DNA of 48,821 nucleotides from Minisyncoccota bacterium (GTDB lineage: Bacteria > Patescibacteriota > Minisyncoccia > Phycocordibacterales > UBA9973), in the NCBI GenBank assembly GCA_031973435.1, contig DALYDA010000003.1, positions 1 to 48,821 of the forward strand, written 5' to 3'. A program made the position numbers and the translations under genes. Below the pieces are notes generated by a model that saw nothing but the letters and a program-made list of their open reading frames with translations, had not been told where the DNA came from and did not search any database. Positions 36,203-46,500 of this stretch are shown here, piece by piece (position 1 is the first letter of the stretch; each line of letters starts with the position of its first letter).

Positions 36203-36334
36203 TTACTCATCGAGTCTACTTGGGAGACTCTCTACATTTACGTTTCTTGGTCCGTTGTCGAGCCATCCTAGATAGTATCCAAGTCCGAGAAATATAACGA
36301 AAGCCACGAGTAGTTTAACAGTATTTTTGTTCAT
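36203..36334 (-). CDS. possible 43-aa single-TM peptide
   Basis: MNKNTVKLLVAFVIFLGLGYYLGWLDNGPRNVNVESLPSRLDE. Ends directly at the terminator. Below the ORF-track cutoff. Confidence 0.35.
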   Translation of the reverse strand: MNKNTVKLLVAFVIFLGLGYYLGWLDNGPRNVNVESLPSRLDE

Positions 36335-36426
36335 AAATATATTGTATTACAGCAAGGGAGATATTCAAACTCGCGATACTTGACATGTCATGAGTATTCT
36401 TGTAAAATGGAGAAAAATTTTGCACG

Positions 36427-36900
36427 ATGAAAAAAATAATGTTCGTTGTAATAGCCCTTTGCGTGGCGACAATTGGCCAAAGTCAGGAGGTCGATAAAAA
36501 CATTTTTAAAAAACCTTGGATTGTAATCCTTCCCGGATTTGAGCAGTTTATGCAGAAGGTGCCACAGTCTTTTATTGCAGACAGCATTGAATTGCAGAAA
36601 AGAGCAATTGATGAAGGGGGAGTTACTCCAAAAGAAATTAAACCATTTTTTGGGGCAGGAAACTTTATGTCAATTTTGGCTGGGAATTTTTCCTACCAAA
36701 TGTTCAATAGAACTTGCTCCGGTGTAAGTCTCTCTGATTTGAAGGTAAACTATTTTCTGGTGAGTGATTCGACTGCGGGGAGCTACGTTGTAAAAATCTA
36801 CAAACGTATAGACCTTGCTGACGGCAAATGGTACATCGATGCCATGCCGGTGGAAAGCATGTTTGTTATTGTAGACGGATACATACTTGAGCCAAAATAA
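36427..36900 (+). CDS. secreted hypothetical protein
   Basis: Signal peptide MKKIMFVVIALCVATIGQSQ. Followed by a strong terminator. Confidence 0.6.
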   Translation: MKKIMFVVIALCVATIGQSQEVDKNIFKKPWIVILPGFEQFMQKVPQSFIADSIELQKRAIDEGGVTPKEIKPFFGAGNFMSILAGNFSYQMFNRTCSGVSLSDLKVNYFLVSDSTAGSYVVKIYKRIDLADGKWYIDAMPVESMFVIVDGYILEPK

Positions 36901-36937
36901 AAAAGCCTGAATTTTACATTCAGGCTTTTCTTTTTTA
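36901..36937. terminator. bidirectional terminator
   Basis: 12-bp stem AAAAGCCTGAAT/ATTCAGGCTTTT followed by a T-run. Confidence 0.8.
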
Positions 36938-36945
36938 TTTTTAGA

Positions 36946-37290
36946 TTATTCTGCTACGTTATTTTTACTATCAGAACCAATTACATTTTTTACGAAATTC
37001 CAAATAGTATTTACTAGATTGTATTCGAGCTCATCACCGTCCGCTCCTGCTTCAACAACTGTAAGCACACACAGAGCACCTGACCAGTGTCCATGCAGAA
37101 CAGATACTGTGATTTCGTCAGTTACCCCATCACCATTTGTGTCTGTACTGGTGTACTGATTGTAGTGACATTCACCGAACCCTCCGTCATCTACCGCATC
37201 TGATAGCCAGGTTGTAGCTTTTACATAATTTACTCCAAGAGTAAAGGAGACGAGAATAAGAGCTAAAACAAATATTTTTTTATTTTTCAT
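36946..37290 (-). CDS. secreted hypothetical protein with a Ca-binding-like DTNGDGVTDE loop
   Basis: Signal peptide MKNKKIFVLALILVSFTLGVNYVKA. 114 aa. Confidence 0.55.
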   Translation of the reverse strand: MKNKKIFVLALILVSFTLGVNYVKATTWLSDAVDDGGFGECHYNQYTSTDTNGDGVTDEITVSVLHGHWSGALCVLTVVEAGADGDELEYNLVNTIWNFVKNVIGSDSKNNVAE

Positions 37291-37298
37291 ATTTTGTA

Positions 37299-37814
37299 TT
37301 ATCTACTTGAAGATGGCTGTGTTTCTTCAGATCCACCATATTTTGTAATAATCTCTTCGACTTCATCAGACAGTTTTTCGTCTACCTGGCAAGTTTGTTC
37401 TCCTTCAATTGTTTTTGTTATTCCTGTTGTTATAAAGCAAGCGCCTTGCTCAGTATAAGTAACATCACACATAGGAGGGCAAATATTGCTTTCGTTACTT
37501 GCACCAGAAGAAATGCTCGCATCTTCATTTCCTTCAACATTGTCACACATAGGAGGACAGAGACTTGAATCTGATTCAACGTTTGAAACTTTGTTTCCAG
37601 TAATACAGTAATTTATGGTGCATGTCTTACCTTGGAATTCCACATCAAAAGATATTCCATTTTCTGTTTTATCTTTCGTTCCTTTTAAAATATTTCCAGT
37701 AAGACCACCAGAGTTTCCTGCAATGTTGTAAATACCCCATCCTATTCCAACAGCCAATACAAAAGCAAGAAGCGTTTTTAGTGGTGCGTATTCAGGATTT
37801 TTCCAAAAATTCAT
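37299..37814 (-). CDS. N-terminally anchored hypothetical protein (MNFWKNPEYA leader, 2x CPPMCD motif)
   Basis: Leader paralogous to that of 35487..36083. The CPPMCD motif occurs twice in a Cys-rich ectodomain. Confidence 0.6.
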   Translation of the reverse strand: MNFWKNPEYAPLKTLLAFVLAVGIGWGIYNIAGNSGGLTGNILKGTKDKTENGISFDVEFQGKTCTINYCITGNKVSNVESDSSLCPPMCDNVEGNEDASISSGASNESNICPPMCDVTYTEQGACFITTGITKTIEGEQTCQVDEKLSDEVEEIITKYGGSEETQPSSSR

Positions 37815-37942
37815 AATTATTATTTATAGTTACTTCTTATAATTTAACGACTTTGTCCTTTTCTTATTATCCCATCATCTTTATAGCAATACAAGACCCT
37901 TTCCACTCAAGAGTATAAGTGGTAGTATCTAGTTACAAAGTT

Positions 37943-38896
37943 ATGCATCAAATACTACTATTTTATAAGTATGTCTACATAGAGGACCCAGAGGCAGTTG
38001 CACTTTGGCAAAGAGAACTCCAGACACGTCTGGGGCTAAAAGGGCGAACTATTATTGCGACTGAGGGTGTAAATGTAACTCTGGGAGGGGCAGTAGAGGC
38101 AACAGAAGAATATATCAAGGAGGTAGAAAAAGATCCTAGATTTCAAAATATTCATTGGAAGAAAAGTGTTGGAACAGGGCAGGACTTTCCTAAACTTTCC
38201 GTAAAGGTTCGAAAGGAGATAGTCTCATTGGGTCTTGGAACTTGCGATGTAGATCCAAATCAAACAACAGGTATACACTTGAAACCAGAAGAACTGCATG
38301 AGTGGATTCGCTCAGGAAAGGAATTTTATATTGTTGACATGCGAAACGCATACGAGCACAGAGTAGGGCAGTTTGAAGGATCGATATGTCCTCCGATGGA
38401 CAATTTTCGAGACCTTCCAAAAGTTTTAAAACAAATAGCTCATTTGAAAAATAAAACTGTTCTAACAGTTTGTACCGGTGGTATTCGTTGTGAAAAGGCA
38501 TCTGGGTATTTGATCACACAAGGGTTCAAAGACGTGTATCAACTAGATGGAGGGATTGTGTCGTACATGGAAAAGTATCCAAACGAAGACTTCAAAGGTA
38601 AACTTTATGTTTTTGACAATCGTGTAGTCATGGGATTTTATACAGATGACTCAAAGCATGAGGTTATCGGAAGGTGTGATTTCTGTAATACACCATGTGA
38701 CAGATATATGAACTGTATAGATGACTTTTGTCATAATCATATTTTGGTATGTGATGAATGCGAGAAAAAAAATGAAGGAAAGGTAAAGTGTGTAAACGGG
38801 TGTCACAAAACAAGAAGTGGAAAGACAAAAAGTGTAGACTTTTTTAGCACGGACTTTTTCGTAAAAGTATTTAATAAAATAAGAAGAAAAAAATAA
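37943..38896 (+). CDS. trhO: rhodanese-domain tRNA U34 hydroxylase (TrhO/YceA, UPF0176)
   Basis: N-terminal ILLFYKY...IATEGVNVTLGG, rhodanese loop CTGGIRCEKA and a C-terminal Cys-rich tail. ATG at 37943. Confidence 0.8.
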   Translation: MHQILLFYKYVYIEDPEAVALWQRELQTRLGLKGRTIIATEGVNVTLGGAVEATEEYIKEVEKDPRFQNIHWKKSVGTGQDFPKLSVKVRKEIVSLGLGTCDVDPNQTTGIHLKPEELHEWIRSGKEFYIVDMRNAYEHRVGQFEGSICPPMDNFRDLPKVLKQIAHLKNKTVLTVCTGGIRCEKASGYLITQGFKDVYQLDGGIVSYMEKYPNEDFKGKLYVFDNRVVMGFYTDDSKHEVIGRCDFCNTPCDRYMNCIDDFCHNHILVCDECEKKNEGKVKCVNGCHKTRSGKTKSVDFFSTDFFVKVFNKIRRKK

Positions 38897-38897
38897 A

Positions 38898-40169
38898 ATG
38901 AAAAAAATAGTTTACTTGGTTGCTGTTATAGGATTTCTTTCACTTGTAAATATATCTATGGCCGCACTGACTCCTGGTTCTGTTGTCTTTGTAAATCCAA
39001 TGGGGAAGAATAATGGTCAGGACAACGCAAACCTTTTTTGGAACGATACACTTAACTATTTAGGCATTGGAACAAATTCACCATCTTCTCCTTTGACTGT
39101 AGTTGGAAATACTCTAACTGGATCCCTTGAAATAGGATCGGGAGCAGGGAATTATCCTATTTCATATGACTCATTAACAAGCACCCTTACTTTAAATGAC
39201 ATTGGAGATGCAAAAAATATCAGAATTAAGTCTGACAACGAAAATGATTTATTTTTTGTTGATGGAATAAATGATCGTATTGGTGTAGGACTTTCAAATC
39301 CTACATACGAATTTGAGGTTGCAAACGATGGACAAAATGTCGAGATAGTAGCAGATACATACAGCACCTCACCAACATTTACAACAAAAACTGTTTTTGG
39401 TGGACGTGCAGCAAGAGGAACACGCGAGGCTCCACTTCCTGTACAGAATAACGACATACTTGCAGAATTCTCAGGTCTTGGTTATGGAAACACAGCTTTT
39501 GCTCCTTCGACTACAGCTGGTATGCGTGTTATGGCAGCAGAATCTTTTTCAGATACAACATGGGGTACAAGTTTGTTCTTTCGAACGACATCCAGAGGGT
39601 CAAACATTCTTCAAACTCGAGCTGTGATTGATGCTGATGGGAATGTTGGTATTGGTACTGACACAAGCCCAGATGTTCTTCTAGATGTAGAGAAACCAAG
39701 TGTCACAGGGGACATCGCGACATTTACAAATATAAATGGAACATGTTCGATCAACCCTGGAGTTGCAGGTGGTATCACTTGTACATCTGACGAGAACATG
39801 AAAAAGAATATTGAAAGCATAGAGAATGAAAATTCTTTGAGTATAATTAATTCTCTTCGCCCAGTAAAATATAATTGGAAAAAGGATGCAGTTGGCACAG
39901 AAAAGACATCTGGATTTATTGCCCAAGAAGTAGAAGTAATTGTTCCTGAGCTTGTTGTGAGCGAAAATGGGACAAAAAGACTTTCTATGAACGGACTCAT
40001 CCCGTATGTTGTCGGAAGTGTTAAGGAGTTGTCACGCAAAGTAGATGCGATATTTACAAAAGGACTTTCGACTCCAAAAATAGAAACAGATACTCTCTGT
40101 TTGGGGGATACTTGTATTACAGAAAAAGAATTAAAAGCTCTATTAGAATTGAAGGCAACATTAAATTAG
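38898..40169 (+). CDS. fibre protein with C-terminal S74 intramolecular-chaperone (tail-fibre/endosialidase-type) domain
   Basis: Signal/anchor sequence. The block TSDENMKKNI...LRPVKYNWK...SGFIAQEVEVIVPELV...LIPYVVGSVKEL (from about nt 39785) matches peptidase_S74 as I know it. Confidence 0.8.
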   Translation: MKKIVYLVAVIGFLSLVNISMAALTPGSVVFVNPMGKNNGQDNANLFWNDTLNYLGIGTNSPSSPLTVVGNTLTGSLEIGSGAGNYPISYDSLTSTLTLNDIGDAKNIRIKSDNENDLFFVDGINDRIGVGLSNPTYEFEVANDGQNVEIVADTYSTSPTFTTKTVFGGRAARGTREAPLPVQNNDILAEFSGLGYGNTAFAPSTTAGMRVMAAESFSDTTWGTSLFFRTTSRGSNILQTRAVIDADGNVGIGTDTSPDVLLDVEKPSVTGDIATFTNINGTCSINPGVAGGITCTSDENMKKNIESIENENSLSIINSLRPVKYNWKKDAVGTEKTSGFIAQEVEVIVPELVVSENGTKRLSMNGLIPYVVGSVKELSRKVDAIFTKGLSTPKIETDTLCLGDTCITEKELKALLELKATLN

Positions 40170-40202
40170 TAGACAAAATTTTATAAATTAAAAATAAAAA
40201 AA

Positions 40203-40231
40203 CCGCAAACTATACGGGTTGCGGGGTTTTT
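40203..40231 (+). terminator. rho-independent terminator
   Basis: CCGCAA/TTGCGG stem followed by GGTTTTT. Confidence 0.5.
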
Positions 40232-40557
40232 GAATTTACGATTGTTTCTTCACCGTTTAAAGTGAAGCTAATAAAGTGATTTTCTGATTGGATGATTTTT
40301 TCAATCACTCTTTCGGAAAAAATAATTTCAATTTTTTTTGCCATTAATTCTTTTGGCTCTGGCGCGTTGCGGTAGTTTAGTGCTACTTCCGAGAACTGCG
40401 CGGGTGTTAACTTAACTGGACCTCCTTCCATGGACCACATGCTTCTCATGGTCCTTGCTATGTGTTGAGCCAACTTCTTGGCCTTTTTTCTGTTCATCCC
40501 TATTGGAATAACAGATGTTATGTTTATTGGGTTGTTCATCAATTGTTTTAATTTCAT
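40210..40557 (-). CDS. hypothetical protein
   Basis: ORF 40210..40569. ATG at 40557 (MKLKQLMNN) is plausible. No motif recognised. Confidence 0.45.
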   Translation of the reverse strand: MKLKQLMNNPINITSVIPIGMNRKKAKKLAQHIARTMRSMWSMEGGPVKLTPAQFSEVALNYRNAPEPKELMAKKIEIIFSERVIEKIIQSENHFISFTLNGEETIVNSKTPQPV

Positions 40558-40687
40558 ATACAATAACACTAAATATATTTTTAGTCAATCATGGGAAGTT
40601 TGATATTTACATAAGTTACAGAGAAAAGCAGGAGCTAAATATGGGTGGGATTTTTTGACGGATTTGTGATATATTCTGGATACATAT

Positions 40688-41389
40688 ATGGAAGAAAACA
40701 AAGGAAAACTTCATCCGATAACAATAGCAACAAACGACGCGATTCGTGTTTTTACTGAGCTTGGTTTTGAAGTTGCAGTGGGGCCTGAACTAGAAGAAGA
40801 GTGGTACAACTTCGACGCGCTGAACGTTTCCAAAGATCACCCAGCTCGTGACATGCAAGATACGTTTTGGATAAAAGGACAAGAAGGGAAGGTTCTTCGT
40901 ACTCATACAACAAGTGCAACTGCACGTGCCATAGAAAAGGCAAACAAAGATGGAGCACTTCCTGCAGCATATGTTTCTATTGGAAAAGTTTTTCGAAATG
41001 AATCTACTGACGCAACACATGAAATGCAATTCTTCCAGATAGATGGTGCGATGATCGGGGAGAATATAACCATCTCAAACCTAAAAGCTGTTTTACTTCA
41101 TTTTTATAGAAAAATGTTGGGAGAGGATGTCGACATTCAGCTCAGGCCAAGTTTTTTTCCATTCGTTGAGCCTGGACTTGAAGTTTGGATAAAATTCGGA
41201 GATAGATGGCTTGAAGTTATGGGAGCTGGACTACTTCACCCACAGGTGTTAAAAAATCTTGGTCTTGATCCAGAAAAATATGGGGGATTTGCTTTCGGTG
41301 GAGGACTAGACCGAGTGTTGATGGTTAAACACAATATCCCAGATGTGAGGTTTCTTTACCAAGGAGATTTGAGAATTAATCAGTTTTAG
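40688..41389 (+). CDS. pheS: phenylalanine--tRNA ligase alpha subunit, short form (catalytic core only)
   Basis: Class II motifs HPARDMQDTF, FRNESTDATH..FFQ and GAGLLHP...GFAFGGGLDR. Only 233 aa. Confidence 0.9.
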   Translation: MEENKGKLHPITIATNDAIRVFTELGFEVAVGPELEEEWYNFDALNVSKDHPARDMQDTFWIKGQEGKVLRTHTTSATARAIEKANKDGALPAAYVSIGKVFRNESTDATHEMQFFQIDGAMIGENITISNLKAVLLHFYRKMLGEDVDIQLRPSFFPFVEPGLEVWIKFGDRWLEVMGAGLLHPQVLKNLGLDPEKYGGFAFGGGLDRVLMVKHNIPDVRFLYQGDLRINQF

Positions 41390-41390
41390 T

Positions 41391-41732
41391 ATGAAAGTAG
41401 AAACGAAAAGATTTATATATTCTGGAATACTAGCAATTCTGACACTTGCTGTGCTAATATTTTTTTCACCAAAAATAATATTGGTTATCCCATTAATGAT
41501 ATTAGTAAGTTTCCTTATGTGCATTGTAAATCCAACAAGAACATATTTAATTGTTTTTGCAGTATCTTTCGTGCTCGGCACTGCCTCAGAAATGGTTGCC
41601 ATACATTACGGTCTTTGGTCTTATAGAGATGTATTTTTTAAAGGGGTGCCCGTTTACCTTCCTTTTGTTTGGGGAAACGCAGGACTTTATATCTTGAGTG
41701 TTTATAATTTTGTAAAACAATATGAAAATTAG
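41391..41732 (+). CDS. small 3-4 TM membrane protein inserted between pheS and pheT
   Basis: 113-aa hydrophobic ORF. Starts 2 nt after the pheS stop and overlaps the pheT start by 11 nt. Confidence 0.55.
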   Translation: MKVETKRFIYSGILAILTLAVLIFFSPKIILVIPLMILVSFLMCIVNPTRTYLIVFAVSFVLGTASEMVAIHYGLWSYRDVFFKGVPVYLPFVWGNAGLYILSVYNFVKQYEN

Positions 41733-43542
41733 TTACAACTGGCTCAAATGGTACGTTCCTGAATTGCCCGAGGCGGAAAAACTCTGGGATGTTTTCACTT
41801 TTCATCTTTGTGAGGTTGAGAGTGTAGATAAAATGCCAGACGGAGACACTATTTTCGATATCAACATCTTGCCAAATCGCGCGCATGACTTGCTCAATCA
41901 CCAGGGAGTCGCACAAGAACTTTCTGCACTTTTGGGTATCGAGTATAAAAGTCCTGTAGAGATGTACAAAATACCCCCGCTTCGCCAAGGCTTCGCAGGG
42001 CAGGCTCTATCCGTATCTATTGAGTCTACTAAATGTCGTCGATACATGGGACGAATTGTCCGTAATGTAAAAGTTGGACCATCGCCAGAGTGGGTGGTAA
42101 AGCACCTAGAATCTATTGGGCAAAAGAGCATAAACAATGTTGTCGACGCGACAAATATTGTTATGTTTGATTGTGGAAATCCAACACATGTTTTTGATGC
42201 GAAAAAAGTAGGCAATAGTATCCGAATAAAAGAAACAGGTAGTGTAAAAAGGGTGAGCCTTTTGGGGGGAGAGGAGAAAGATTTGAAAGAAAATGATTTA
42301 GTTATCACTGATGGGGAAGACAACGTTCTAGCGATTGCGGGAGTAAAGGGTGGAACACACGCTGAAGTAGATGAAAATACAACAGAAATAATACTCGAAG
42401 TTGCAAACTTCGATCCAGTTACAGTGCGAAAGACAGGACGAGGAATGGGACTTTTCACAGATGCTATAAAGAGATTTGAAAACGATCTGTCACCAGTACG
42501 CGCAGAGTATGCGATGCGTGAGCTTTCTGCAACAATACTCGAGATGTGTCCTGAGGCAGAGTTCGAAGATATAGTGGATATATATCCTGAAAAGGAAAAA
42601 TGGGAAACACCAAATAAAATTGAAATAACATCTAGTTATATAAATCAAAAGCTCGGTTCAGAATTTACTGATTCTGAAATAGAAAATGTTTGGAAGAGAA
42701 TGAAGTTTGAATATACAAATGAGAGTGGAAACTTTGTCATAACAGTTCCGCTACTTAGGCTAGATTTAACAGGTAGACATGATCTTGTAGAAGAAGTGGG
42801 AAGGGTTATTGGTTATGACAAGGTAGAGGGTAATCTTCCTCAGATCAAATTCAATACAAAGATAAATGAAACATTTTACAAAATATTGTGGGCAAAAAAT
42901 AAATTTGTAGCGGACGGATATAGAGAGGTTATGACATATTCATTTACAAAAAAAGGTGAAGTATATGTCGCATATGGAGCAAAAGGGAAAGAAGCACTTC
43001 GCACAAATCTATCTGACGGAATAAAACAAGCATACGAATTAAATAGGCTAAATGCTCCACTACTAGGAGAAAGCGAAATAAAAATTTTTGAAATTGGAAA
43101 TGTTTTCCCGTCTGCTGGTGTTGAAAAGACTCACGTGTCCTGGGTGGATAAAAAGGGAGTACAAGAGATGACACTTGAAGATTTTACAAAAAGCGTTTCA
43201 GTTAGTGATTCATTTAACCCAGTTTTGATCGAGAGCAAAAACCAAACAGCTGACAGTTTTTCTTCTTGGTCAGTTTACCCATTTATTGTGCGTGATATTT
43301 CTATGTGGGTTCCAGTGAATATCGATTCTATAGATGTCTCTCCTGTAATTTGTGAGGAAATGGGGGATCTTGTAATCAAAGGCCCAACACTTATAGATTC
43401 TTTCGAAAAAGAGGGCAAAAAGAGCTTGGCTTTTCGCCTAGTTTTCCAAAGTTTTGATCGTACACTTACTGACGAAGATGTAAATATTCCAATGCAAAAA
43501 ATCACCACTTCACTCAAAGAAAAGGGTTATGAAATAAGGTAA
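41722..43542 (+). CDS. pheT: phenylalanine--tRNA ligase beta subunit, short form
   Basis: MKISYNWLKWYV start, B3/4 region (INNVVDATNIVMFDCGNPTHVFD), B5 and C-terminal FDX-ACB-like domain. 606 aa. Confidence 0.85.
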   Translation: MKISYNWLKWYVPELPEAEKLWDVFTFHLCEVESVDKMPDGDTIFDINILPNRAHDLLNHQGVAQELSALLGIEYKSPVEMYKIPPLRQGFAGQALSVSIESTKCRRYMGRIVRNVKVGPSPEWVVKHLESIGQKSINNVVDATNIVMFDCGNPTHVFDAKKVGNSIRIKETGSVKRVSLLGGEEKDLKENDLVITDGEDNVLAIAGVKGGTHAEVDENTTEIILEVANFDPVTVRKTGRGMGLFTDAIKRFENDLSPVRAEYAMRELSATILEMCPEAEFEDIVDIYPEKEKWETPNKIEITSSYINQKLGSEFTDSEIENVWKRMKFEYTNESGNFVITVPLLRLDLTGRHDLVEEVGRVIGYDKVEGNLPQIKFNTKINETFYKILWAKNKFVADGYREVMTYSFTKKGEVYVAYGAKGKEALRTNLSDGIKQAYELNRLNAPLLGESEIKIFEIGNVFPSAGVEKTHVSWVDKKGVQEMTLEDFTKSVSVSDSFNPVLIESKNQTADSFSSWSVYPFIVRDISMWVPVNIDSIDVSPVICEEMGDLVIKGPTLIDSFEKEGKKSLAFRLVFQSFDRTLTDEDVNIPMQKITTSLKEKGYEIR

Positions 43543-43585
43543 TTTTGTTGATAACTTTTACAGAATTCCTTGCTATAATATACAG

Positions 43586-46500
43586 GTGAAGAGATTTAAG
43601 AAAAATTCTGCTCTGGCAGTTATAATCTCGGTACTTTTTTTGTCTGCAATCATAAAAACATATGCAGTTCCTTCGACATATTTTACCGCTGGTCAAACCC
43701 TAGATCCCGTAGCAGATGATATAACCTGTGCACCAGGGGTCTGTAGTGTGTACCCAATTTCAATAGGAGATCCTGTCGGAACGGGAGATGATAACTCTGT
43801 TTTGTTTATAGACACAAACGGGGACATCGCAGAAGATAGTGCAAACTTTTATTTTAATGATTCAACTGACACTCTATATACTGATGATATTACTCTTGCA
43901 AATAATTTAGAAATTACAACAACTACTAGTTCAACGGTTGGTGTTGTTACAAAAGATGCCACAAGATTTTTGCATACATACAAACCGGCTGGAACAAATG
44001 ACAACTTGTTTTTTGGTAAAGGTTCTGGAAACTTTACATTGTCTGCTACATCAAACTTCAATGCCAATACTGGTATTGGCGAGAACACTCTAGCAAATCT
44101 TTCTACAGGGTATTTCAATACTGCACTCGGTACAGCAGCTCTGAGATCTACGACTACTGGAAATAATAATACTGCTGTTGGTTTACAAGCAGGTAACCGG
44201 ATATCTTCAGGTACATACAATATAGCCATTGGACGTGATGCTCTTTACGGGGCCGCTTCTCCATTTAGTGCATCAGGGTCATATAATATCGCAGTAGGAT
44301 CTGCTACGCTTTACGCACTCTTAACAGGAGAAAACAATGTTGCACTTGGACATCAGGCTGGACTCAATTCATCTTCAGCAAGTAATAACGTATTTATCGG
44401 ATATGAGGCAGGGCACGATATTACAACAGAATCAGGAAATATTTTTATCGGATATCAAGCTGGTGCTGATGCAACAGGATCGGATCAGTTGTATATAGAG
44501 AATTCAAATAGCCCGACACCTCTTATTTTCGGAGATTTTGCAAATGATTATGTAAATATAAACGGAAGGCTTGGTGTTGGAACATCGCCCTTGTTGAAAT
44601 TGGACGTAGCGGGGTCCGGTAGATTTACAGGATCAGCTACTTCTGTTTTGACTGGATCAATCGACCCTACTGCTTCTACTACAGTTACAGGAGTGGGAAC
44701 CCTGTTTTCAACAGAACTTGTTGTGGGTGACAGGATTACAGTTTCAGGAGAATCACGTACGGTTACTGCAATAGCATCGGATACAAGTTTGACAGTAGAT
44801 ACAGCCTTTACTGATACAGCCGACGATGTTTCACCAGATAAACTCGCAGCGATTTTTGTCACTCGAGCATCTGATGGGACACTTGCCATGGTTCAGAATA
44901 ATTTTGGAAATTTTGGTCTAGGTACAAGTAGTCCAGATTTCGAAGTAGAAATAGTCTCGGCAACCCAAAACGTAGAAATCGTTTCTTCTGGATACAATGG
45001 AAGAAAGCCTGTTTTTGCGGGGCGAAGTGCTAATGGAACTGAAGCTTCACCCTCAGCAACATCTGCAAACGATATTTTGGCTGAATTCGCAGGGCAGGGC
45101 TACGGAACTACAGGTTTTGCTCCGTCTACAACTGCTGGTATACGCGTAGTAGCAGAAGAAGCATTTGATGATGCAGGATATGGTTCACAGCTTTTGTTTA
45201 GAACAACACCAAACAATTCAACAACACTCAAATCACGAATGGTCATTATGGCTGATGGAAACGTTGGAATAGGTGACACAACTCCAGACGATTTGTTAAA
45301 TCTTGAATCATCTACAAATACCGGGATATCCATCTCTGCAATCGGAGCAGATGTTGATCCGTATGTAAAATTTGAACTAGTAGACGGTACATCATCTTTT
45401 ATTATGGGAATCGATGATTCTGATAGCGATAGTTTTAAAATTTCTACCACAGCTCTTGGCACAAGTGATCGGTTTATTATTGATTCGTCTGGAAACATAA
45501 ATGTGGGAGGTGATACTACTCCAGGATCACTTTTTTCTGTAGGTTCCACATCACAATTCCAAGTTGGCTCTTCTGGATCAATTGATGCAGTAACGACGAT
45601 AATGACTTCAGGGGCGGTAACAATAGCTTCTTCAGGAACTGGCGTGTTGAACGTTGGTACAACAGCAGGTACTTACAGAACAACAAACGCAGGTGGAAAC
45701 ATATCACCTCAGGCAGTATTTGATGTTGATAACTCCAACTCTTCTTCAGGATCACAAGCATATATATTTGATACTACAAATGGATTTGTTTTTAGTGCAG
45801 CTAACGGAACACGTCGTATAGCAAGAGCATCTATTGATATAATAAATTTAACAAATACAGCTGGATCAGAAACAGGAGATCTTGCCTTTTTTACAAAACC
45901 TTCTGGCTCTGCGATTACAGAGAAGATGAGAATAGACTCAACAGGAAAGGTTGGTATAGGTGATATTTCTCCAGACTACCTTTTGGACATAGAAAATACA
46001 GGATCAGATACAGATATATTTGCACTTACGGATTCTGATGGATCATGTCTACATAATCCGGAAGCCGGAGCAGAATCTGTGACATGTTCTTCAGATGAGA
46101 GATTAAAGGAAAATATCACTGATGCAGATGAATCTCTACCTTATTTGATGGACTTTAGAATCCGTGAATATGATGTGCGTGCATCAGGTGATCACATGAT
46201 GGGAGTAATCGCTCAGGAAATAATGGAAATACACCCAGAACTAGTGGCTGTCGGAGGAAATGGTTACTATACTGTAGAACTTCCAAGCACGTGGGCAATT
46301 GTAAAGGGAATTCAGGAGTTGAATCTAAAGGTTGAAGATATTTCTTCGTTATCACTTGAAAATGAAAATACCCTAGGTGCACGTCTTGTTGCATGGTTTG
46401 CTGATAGCGCGAATGGAATACAAACAATTTTTGCAAATGTAATACATACAAACAAAGTTGAGACAAACGAGCTTTGTGTTGGAGAAGTCTGTGTTACGGA

